The position numbers and the translations under genes are program-made. A stretch of DNA of 20,000 nucleotides from Trichoplax sp. H2 (lineage: Eukaryota): the NCBI GenBank assembly GCA_003344405.1, contig NOWV01000284.1:46497-66496 (forward strand). Reading direction: 5' to 3'. Of the stretch, positions 12,701-20,000 are shown one piece after another. The first letter of the stretch is position 1; each line of letters starts with the position of its first letter. The notes beneath the pieces were generated by a model. The model did no database searches and was not told the DNA's origin. It worked only from the letters and a program-made list of their open reading frames with translations.

Positions 12701-12983
12701 TTTATGCTAGTAGATTAGGATTGTTACAATTTAAGATAATTAAGATAACTGTATTTAATTCTAAACATGTTCAAGAGTAGATACAATAATTCATAAAAAC
12801 AGAAACAATCAAGATATTTTTGCGTATTTTCAAAGACGGTTTGGCATGATTATTACTAACCTTTATCTGTTGCGGGGCACCTAGTAATCTCGGATAATCA
12901 GGCCCTTCGAGAAATCCTTTCTTTGATAAATGTGGAAGCCTGCTTTGAGTTATTAGTAAAGTGATTTGGCGAACGACATCCAT
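6583..12983 (-). CDS. ATOS: Atos homolog (FAM214/Atossa family), whole spliced gene: complement(join(6583..6748,6869..6903,7016..7141,7338..7406,7519..7629,7738..7782,8040..8123,8245..8275,8449..8495,8797..9716,10317..10510,11124..11267,12220..12449,12861..12983)), 2325 nt, 774 aa
   Basis: All 13 introns are GT-AG and phase-consistent, giving one open frame from ATG to TGA. Motifs recognised from FAM214A/ATOSA: LLGNFE-ESVLNNR, TLPMNTFYYNVSDNKAPSPYLG, YHIPKKGTL, TIYNPQETIIKVF..YDLSDMP..KTFLRQRT, LLYVIHLRFISSKSCRIYLYSEIKTIF. N-terminal motifs: LLITQSR, FVLMEQW, MKSHLYYSQIRA. Confidence 0.92.
6869..6903 (-). CDS. ATOS: Atos homolog exon 13 (DKHTLLYVIHL-R)
   Basis: L.Y.IHLR hallmark; gatag acceptor, gtaggt donor. 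Confidence 0.93.
7016..7141 (-). CDS. ATOS: Atos homolog exon 12 (TIYNPQETIIKVFKSSYDLSDMPGKSKTFLRQRTTIMTNRRS)
   Basis: YDL.DMP...TFLRQRT hallmark; aacag acceptor, gtacgt donor. Confidence 0.96.
7338..7406 (-). CDS. ATOS: Atos homolog exon 11 (GIATLQFLNKSRYHIPKKGTLNM)
   Basis: Y.IP..GT motif; tgtag acceptor, gtaagt donor. Confidence 0.94.
7519..7629 (-). CDS. ATOS: Atos homolog exon 10 (GFKLTLSVVGSSAQIVTLPMNTFYYNVSDNKAPSPYL)
   Basis: DUF4210 GF...LP...FY...APSPY motif; tttag acceptor, gtaaga donor. Confidence 0.95.
7738..7782 (-). CDS. ATOS: Atos homolog exon 9 (ESVLNNRLESSGRIQ)
   Basis: ESVLN.R hallmark; ctcag acceptor, gtacgt donor. Confidence 0.93.
8040..8123 (-). CDS. ATOS: Atos homolog exon 8 (GQRLLVHQKRCSSPPIGLHEQRLLGNFE), start of DUF4210
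   Basis: LLGNFE hallmark; ctctag acceptor, gtaatg donor. Confidence 0.92.
8245..8275 (-). CDS. ATOS: Atos homolog exon 7 (ISGNVTAFVK)
   Basis: catag acceptor, AAG|gtgaga donor; phase complements exon 6. Confidence 0.6.
8449..8495 (-). CDS. ATOS: Atos homolog exon 6 (EVDRHSKLLTAESPT)
   Basis: gatag acceptor, CA|gtaagt donor; together with exon 7 it keeps the frame. No recognised motif, so these two exons could be skipped. Confidence 0.6.
8797..9716 (-). CDS. ATOS: Atos homolog exon 5, large low-complexity S/T/N/K-rich linker
   Basis: Overlaps ORF 8788..9672 almost entirely; caatag acceptor in phase 1, ACG|gtacgg donor in phase 0; RRNSL and RRRSSSL basophilic motifs, TPAP motif near the end. 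Confidence 0.88.
10317..10510 (-). CDS. ATOS: Atos homolog exon 4 (ICSRDDITKCPGSPLKTIFPATSLSNVASLHLQVTYQPS...)
   Basis: aattag acceptor, G|gtagtg donor, phases fit both neighbours; FP motif followed by a beta-strand as in ATOSA. Confidence 0.82.
11124..11267 (-). CDS. ATOS: Atos homolog exon 3 (GEDSTS...VKSMKSHLYYSQIRAMMQESQGQMPSNVVY)
   Basis: ttttacag acceptor, AA|gttagt donor; resembles ATOSA AVRSFVFFSQLSAWLSVSHGAIPRNILY. Confidence 0.87.
12220..12449 (-). CDS. ATOS: Atos homolog exon 2 (TQLGKAAIKQF...VCIEVWVK...DFVLMEQWMISVLK)
   Basis: cgtag acceptor, GA|gtaagt donor, 230 nt open; matches the ATOSA VEVML...LLLERW pattern. Confidence 0.85.
12861..12983 (-). CDS. ATOS: Atos homolog exon 1 (MDVVRQITLLITQSRLPHLSKKG...APQQIK)
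   Basis: ATG at 12983 with an in-frame TAA just upstream; donor AAG|gttagt; resembles ATOSA N-terminal LALLITEGR. Confidence 0.8.
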
Positions 12984-13039
12984 AGTTTGAGCTTAGCAGT
13001 ATTTCAAATAAAGGTACCACCGGTAGCAAAGGTGCTAAA

Positions 13040-13330
13040 ATGGTAAGAATAAAATCTATAAATAATTACGGTAACCAATGGAGCATTTCCTTCATCGATT
13101 TTATGTGCTATCATATTAGTATCCTATGCTGTACAGTATATATCATGGGCAATAGCAAACGAAGCAGATTCATTACAAAATGATTTGTATCCTAGTAATT
13201 TCGTAGATACACATTGCAAGGTAAGATATTTAATTTTACTTTTTTAACATGATATAGAAATATTGTCCATTCCACAGTGTTACTTTTACAGAATAAATTG
13301 TTATATGAGTCGGTTCGTTCCAAAAGCTAA
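13040..13330 (+). other. Candidate spliced transcript divergent from Atos: ATG(13040-13042)|13137-13220|13292-13330 gives a 41-aa peptide
   Basis: Two strong G|gtaaga donors (13043, 13221) and cag acceptors; the 84-nt middle exon is open in phase 0. Confidence 0.3.
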
Positions 13331-15134
13331 ACCAGTAGTAAGAATAATATATAATATTTCCCTTCACTTTTGCTGTTGTAATTTTGAACTAAGCGTATAT
13401 AAGAGCTATATGAAAGGCATACAGTTATTATATGTTACTGAAGAGATCTCGAGGTTTTCAGTAAGCGTAAAAATACGTAAGTTGGAATACAGCTGGCAGC
13501 CAGGCCACTTTAAATAGGCGTAATATTTGATGACTTACTGTAGAGATTGTAAGTGGTAATTGTCAAACGCGTATATTTTAGTAGATCCCAAATTATTATA
13601 GAAATACTACAGTATAATATTTGTAGACAAAGTTGCTTGATAATTCCTGACAAGATAAAATCTTCTCGGCTAATAAAATACACAATATGATAGTCGGTTT
13701 ACTGCAGTGATACATCACTTGGCTTGCAATAAGGAACAGTTATTACTTATTATAATAATATTCAGACATAACTGTCGTTTCTATAGATTTCTTCGTCATT
13801 ATTAGTTCAATTCGATTCCACTGCGTATAATAGTAAGTCAATAATTACAGCGATCAATGTTTGTAAACTACTTATGGCAATAATCGGTTACCAAGAGTAT
13901 GTGTCAATATTGCTTGCATAGATACAAAAAATGATAAAACAGCTGCACTTTAAATGATAGATCATATATATAGTCATTAATGCTCACATAAGGGTTAGCA
14001 TCATTTTACTACAGTCGTCAAGACATCTTGCATAGTATACATTAGAAGAAGAAAATTGAAAAGTCCAATGTATCAGTTTTTAAAATAACAGTAAGCTCTA
14101 ATACAACAGCAAGTATCATTGTTAGCAACATCAATCAATTTTTTTATTAAAATTTCAGTAGTACGATCTTAGTGCAAACATCATACTGTACAGCTAAATT
14201 TCAATTCGCTAATTACGCTCATGTATATTGGTAATTTTAAAATCGATATAATTCAGCCATGATATAACAGTTCTAGTGATTTCATTTTGTTAGTTTTTCG
14301 CCGTCTTTAACGAACATTTCGATAGTCCTTATACAACTTTTATTGTAAACTCTCTACATTACGGACATTACGGATACTATGTCAATCTCGAAAAATCAAT
14401 ATATGGAAGTACATTAAGTTGTTATATGTGATGGTATGAAATAAATGGATTAAATTGGTAAAAAAATAGAGTTGACTTCCGATAGCACTAGATAGAAATC
14501 AAAATAGGCCGCTCAAAACAATGCCAAATACCATATCTACGCATTTTTGAATTCATTAATTCATTCGTGTTCATTTCCTAGTACTACAGTAGATATGATT
14601 TCACAAGATCGCAAACAGACTAAACTAGTGCGCTTCAAATCTATCATACTTAACACTTATTCAAAGGTACACTAGAATTGAATTTCTACCTGCAGAAGCA
14701 GCCATTCCGCCACATTGTTCCCTTTAAACCTGATTAAACATGTGCAATGCCCCAATTCTTAAGACAGATCATAATAACTGCAATCCATGCAGACAATTTA
14801 TCCTCAATCTCCTAAAAACTGGTGTTAATATCTACATTGGTTTACATACAATACTACTATACTGTACTTAGTCATCCAAAATTTTATGGAAACGAGTCGG
14901 TAAGGTGTGCTCACTTAAATGATGGGTTCAAGAGTTTAATCCCTACTTCCATAACGATTAAAATTTGAACGGTTACTTCTTTACAGCCAGCATATACGTA
15001 ATATCACAGAGGGTAAAAGAAAGAAAAAAAAACTAGCTATAATACTATAGCGTTGAAATAGGTCAGGATTGACCTCTAGTACGGTACAAGCTAAGTAGAG
15101 TAAATTGGCATTGGTAATAGATGAAAAACTGTGG

Positions 15135-15610
15135 ATCAATATGAAATTTGAAGTTATTGGTACTTTGTAATAATCTATTTCTATGGACCAACAGATACAG
15201 CTACAGCTGATCACGGTTTGGTTTAGGTTTTGAAACCTTCACTATTTCAATGCCGAATCAAACCAGACACTGTAAATTTGAAATCAAAATCAAACTAAAT
15301 GAGAAAATGTTTTACCATTATCAAAGGAAACCTGCTCGCCCGAAGTATAATTTGCCTTTCAACATCAAAGTACACATCAATGTACAAGTCTATCAATGGA
15401 AAATTTGAAATTATTGATATTTTACAATAATCTACTTCTCCTTATGTAGCGTAGCGAGTACAGGAAAATTTAGCTAGTCCAAACGCTGGCAATGCGAAAT
15501 TTAAAGTTATTGAAATTTGGTAATAACCTATTTCTGCTTCTAATATAGCAACTACATGTGATTTTCGCTAGTCCAAACACTTCCAATGTGCAATTTCAAG
15601 CTATTGATAG
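15135..15610. repeat. Four diverged copies of a 50-90 bp unit (caat..gaaatttgaagttattg....taataatctatttct)
   Basis: Copies at about 15137, 15394, 15490 and 15585; gctagtccaaac shared at about 15474 and 15567. Confidence 0.7.
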
Positions 15611-15733
15611 AAAGGAATAAATCTGCTTGTATTAGTACACCCATTTTGTCAGGCATGTTTGTATCCGATTGTAATTGAGTAATTTATGCTGTCGTAGAGT
15701 ATAGCATGGAGTAACCATTTTACTGTTTGTAAA

Positions 15734-16066
15734 ATTCTATATAGTAGTGGCATTTTAAGAGATTTAATGCGCTTTTCAACATTGCATCTACGATGGCTTT
15801 ATACAGAGAGTAGGATGATAGATAGTTGAGTTAATTTTACAAATTCGATTTTGTAGTGGCATTTTCAGAGGTTGAAAAGTGTTTTTCAACATTGCATCTA
15901 CTACAGTGGCTTTCTACAGGGACTTGGAAGATGCAGAATTGAGTCAATTTTACAACTTCTATTTTGTAGTGGCATTTTAAGAGGTTTAAAGTGTTTTTCA
16001 ACATTGCATTTACCATTGCTTTATACACGGACTTGAATGGTAGATAGTTGAGTCAATTTTACAAAA
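15734..16066. repeat. Three tandem copies of a ~110 bp minisatellite unit
   Basis: gtagtggcatttt.agag...ttttcaacattgcat.tac...ttgagt.aattttacaa at about 15734, 15843 and 15956. Confidence 0.92.
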
Positions 16067-16727
16067 TATTCAACAATAGTAATAACAACTTATTATAGTA
16101 ACTATTTATTAGCATATCTGTAGAAAGAAAGTTATACAATGCTAGGCATGTTATTATTTGTATTCTCTTTTATGAAAGTCAAAACAAACTCTGCCGCCTT
16201 TTAATAATAACTCGGTGATGAAACACGGGCAAAACACAATAACCGTGGAAGTCATGGAATATTGAGTTATTGAGTAGAGCAATAGGAGTCGACTAAAGAA
16301 TAACTCCTTTTGTATCTGATTGCTATCATCAATGACAGTTTAGCGTCATAAGGAATAAAAAACATTGCTTGCATCGCATATTATGCTTTTTCTTTTAATG
16401 GATCCCATTTTATAGCAGTTTATGAAATGCTTCTTTCTCAATCTACATGGTTCAAATTATGTCGCCAAAGTAATCCACTAGCTTAATCGCAACTCGCTCT
16501 TATTAGTGTAAGCAATGGGCCAAACTTTCAATTGTACTCTAAATTACAGTACTGGGAATGTTTTGATCATGTTAATAAGATTGAATACTTTATTTACGAT
16601 ATGGGATACCAAAAAAACGAACTTTTCATAAAATTTACTTTCCTTTGTCTGGTTGAGTGTTGTACTTACAAACTACTGTACACTATAGTGTATACTAGAC
16701 AGACAAGGCGTAAATCATGACATGAAT

Positions 16728-18573
16728 TCAAACTTGTACCAGTCTATCCCATTTCTTCAGTAAATGTTGCACAAGCTGTAAAATTATACAAGTTTGTGTA
16801 TCTATCTTTATCAACTTCATCGAAATGAAATCAATAAATTACGATCAATCCTCCAAATGCTTCTTTTTTTTTATGACGCGTACATCGATATACATAATAA
16901 TAATATACTGTCAGTGGAGTTTGTTAAGATTGACCAATCTACTCTGTGAAGTCCTTCAATGATCCACTACCTTATGTTGTTCCATCCCTCCCGCTGCTAC
17001 GATGGCACTGCCGGTGTTGCAGTAACATCAATAAATATTATAGCTTCTATTGGTGTACCTCTTTCTACAGTACTGAATAGTTAGTGTCTAATGTCGTAAA
17101 ACACCATTACTCTTCTTCATAAAATGGTTCCAGCTGCTAAATGATGACAGATGAGACAGCGGAATATTACGACATTAACAATCAATCAATTTGTTGCCGT
17201 TTTATCAGGCCAATCAATAAATGAAATGAAAATTTTGATCGATTGGAGTCGATTATTTCACACTATAAAATGAAAGAAAAAAATAAATCTCTCGCCATTT
17301 AGAATATTCATTGACTACAAATGTCTACCAAATAAAAGATTCAAGTTGAAGCAATGATGAGAATCGATACTTTTTCTACGATATTTATTACCGGTTCTTT
17401 ATCTTTCTAAAGAACGCTTGTGCTATATCATTGGTAATGTCTGCTCCTTAATTAATTTATGTGAAAGTAACTTATGTTATTGAATGTTTTAGTAATTGGT
17501 TGAAAAAATTACCTTTGAAGCGATAGACGGATTAAGGGTAGAATTAACGCGTCGTACATATACTGTACTATAAAGCTTGCTATTAAAACAATTTCCCTTT
17601 AAAAAGTTGCTATTCCATATCAAAATAATTTTCTGATCATCCTATTAATTATAGATCGTAGGGTATACTGTCGTAGTGTGCTATTGTTATTTGCTACAGT
17701 AGAGTAGGATGTTCATCATGCTATCGTCCTAAGGAGAGCGCATCATTTTACTTTACGGCATCAGTTATTCCTTAATTCTATTACTATTACTATTTGTAAA
17801 AGGAACAGGATTAAAAGGTTTGCTCCATTACCTTTCAATACATTAACACTGCAGTCTACTGCAAGTTTGTCGTTGCTGCGCAATATGTTGCTAACAGTAC
17901 CTAAGTACAATTATCGATGTATTTCCAATACTACTGTACGCCATCCTTGCTCATCATCATCAAGTATGGATAAAATTTGCAGTTAGCAAAAAGGCATGTT
18001 GATGACAGGCTATAAATGAAATATGTGTACTTGAATCAAAATCAATTGTACAAAATTAACTACAGACTAGATTGTACGAGTCGATGGTTTCATTTCATAC
18101 TGGACGACATGATTGTGTTTTGGATGATTTTTGTTGATGCTTGTATCGAAAATAATAATTAGTGCCATAAAAGCGCATAAGCAAAGATAGTCAAGGCTAA
18201 CGTGATATCGATCAATTCAACGGTGATAGCGAAAGAGGCATTCTATTTATTTATCTATTACAATAATACATCATCATCGTTATTTTTCTACCTAGCTCAA
18301 CGATCCAAATCAACAACTGGCTAATACTAGATAGTAAGAATATTTACCTGATTGCTATCATCGCCAATCCACAAATACGATGAAGTTGATGAATGGAATG
18401 CTCAATTTCCAAATAGATATGCTGACTGTCAATAGATTGATTCGAAATCGATTGAAAACTATTCCAAGCTGTTTCTTTTCATCTCATTGATTTCCATACA
18501 TAAGAATTGCTGATGAACGACTGTTGCTATATACTCATTCAAAATATCAATCGGGATTAATGCATGACTCCAG
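16728..18573 (-). pseudogene. Possible decayed multi-exon gene (alpha-helical protein remnants)
   Basis: AG/GT-bounded segments 18573-18348, 18009-17832 and 17641-17513, plus a terminal segment 16775-16728, give protein-like text. The first has a 1-nt frameshift and the second has two in-frame TAA stops. Confidence 0.3.
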
Positions 18574-18717
18574 CTGGAAAATGCAGTACTATACGCTTGT
18601 AAATAAAGCTAATCAAATTGAGCACTTTTGCTCAAGGCAAATATTTTTGTATTTTAAATGAGTTGGGTACAGTACAGTACTGATGTTGTAATCCTGCCCT
18701 ATTTAAGATTCATTTAC

Positions 18718-19041
18718 CAACTGGCGTTGCATATGGTAACATGTTGACCGTGTTGGATACAGTCTTGTCCTTCCAAGCGTCCCGTCCATGATGGCTGGAT
18801 GAGTTACAGTATTGTGTTCAAGCAGGCGACAGCGTCCTGATTACAGTTCAGTGCAGCACTGTACAGTGTATGTACGGTATAGCATTCTGGCAACAACTGG
18901 CGTTGCATAGGCTAACATGTTGACCTTGTTGGGTACAATCCTGTCCCTCCAAGCGTCCCGTCCATGATGGCTGAATGAGTTACAGTATTGTGTTCAAGCA
19001 GGCGACAGCGTCCTAATTACAGTTCAGTGCGGCACTGTACA
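18718..19041. repeat. Recent direct tandem duplication with a 176-bp period (148-bp cores at 18718-18865 and 18894-19041)
   Basis: Hand alignment shows 10 substitutions and no indels in 148 bp; GC-richer than the flanks. Confidence 0.95.
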
Positions 19042-19660
19042 CTACTGTACTGTACAGTACTGTACAGTACAGTACTGTGAAGCATTCTCAATCATTTTCA
19101 GTGTACTGTACACTGTACAGTACAGTACAGTACAGTATAGCATTCTCAATCATTTTTAAAAACTGTACCAGCTGACTGTAGGATAAAGTACTGTAAATAC
19201 GGATATTACCTGGTGTACTGTACTGTACAGTGTACAGTGTACAGTACAGTAACTGTACTTGCTGTACAGTACAGTACAGTATATCGTTCTTATACTGTAC
19301 TGTTACTTGGCTGTTACATGAACAGGAACAAATGAACAAATGCTTTTAATATTAGTAAACCTTGGTCAGCAGTCTGCTTTTTACTTACTCATGTTGATAC
19401 ACCCACAGGACGAGGTAAAAGAAACGCCTATCAGCTTACAGTTATAACTTACTCTTGTGGCACTAGTGAATCCTTGCGTCTGGGTAGAGTACAGTGTACA
19501 GTATTTGACTTACAGTACATATACTGTAAGGCTCATGGAGAGTAGTGCAGGACGAACTTTCAATACAGTTGTTAGTATCAACTCTAGACAGTAATACACA
19601 ACACAGTACAGTTGTACAATGTACAGTACAGTACTGTACTCTTCTGTCTGTACAGTGTAC
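19030..19660. repeat. TACAG/CTGTA pentamer-derived low-complexity satellite in both orientations
   Basis: Runs such as tacagtacagtacagtacag and tactgtactgtac, many TGTACA/AGTACT palindromes; direct repeat agcattctcaatcatttt at 19081 and 19139. Confidence 0.9.
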
Positions 19661-20000
19661 AAGAGTGATTATTTTCGATGGCACCCCGAAAACATATAAT
19701 TGTATAGGCTAAATCAGACCCAAACTAGATAAATTCTATATCTGGTTGTAGCCTAATAGCTCATGGGTATATATAAATACTATACAGGAATTTCAACGGA
19801 ATACAACTTTAATTTTTTAACGAAGAGGAGACATCGAAAATAATCATATTGTACAGTTCTCTTCGGTCCTCACAGTACAATGTACTGTGACATAGTACTG
19901 TAATATACTGTACATAAGTGAAGCACAGGTCTGTAGTCTGTACTAGAGACCCTTCGCCTGTACAAGCTACACACTACTGGAAAGCCCCTGCAAATCCAAC

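Noticed and set aside
15734..16066. CRISPR-like repeat/spacer array
   Set aside because: The context is eukaryotic, the 'spacers' are homologous to each other, the repeats are not identical, and there are no cas genes. The same applies to 1041-1547.
16215..16319. C/D-box snoRNA (GTGATGA ... CTGA)
   Set aside because: No terminal stem, no recognisable rRNA guide, and such box pairs occur by chance.
17660..18009. Alternative genetic code (TAA/TAG read as Gln) to rescue the interrupted frames
   Set aside because: The 774-aa Atos frame contains no internal TAA/TAG despite being AT-rich, so the standard code applies.
18790..18990. Hammerhead ribozyme (ctggatgag / ctgaatgag resemble CUGAUGAG)
   Set aside because: The core has an extra base, and no downstream GAAA or stem II could be found.
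19088..19684. Cys/Thr/Val/Tyr-rich ORFs at 19088-19339 and 19463-19684
   Set aside because: These are translations of the TACAG/CTGTA satellite.

Overview
AT-rich (about one-third GC by eye), intron-containing eukaryotic DNA. The short GT-AG introns and abundant TACAG/CTGTA micro-repeats suggest a compact early-branching animal genome such as a placozoan; this is an inference. The main feature is a 14-exon minus-strand gene (12983->6583, 774 aa when spliced by hand) encoding an Atos/FAM214 homolog, with the C-terminal DUF4210 and Chromosome_seg regions and a conserved N-terminal domain. A 3-exon plus-strand gene of unknown function lies at 4240-5175, with a possible small divergent 2-exon gene at 3838->3532. 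Further weaker candidates are a spliced transcript divergent from Atos (13040 onward) and a decayed minus-strand gene (about 16.7-18.6 kb). There are four families of diverged local repeats, a young 176-bp tandem duplication resembling an RTE-type LINE 3' end, and a TACAG/CTGTA fold-back satellite at 19.0-19.9 kb. I saw no rRNA, tRNA, CRISPR array or intact transposase/reverse transcriptase.
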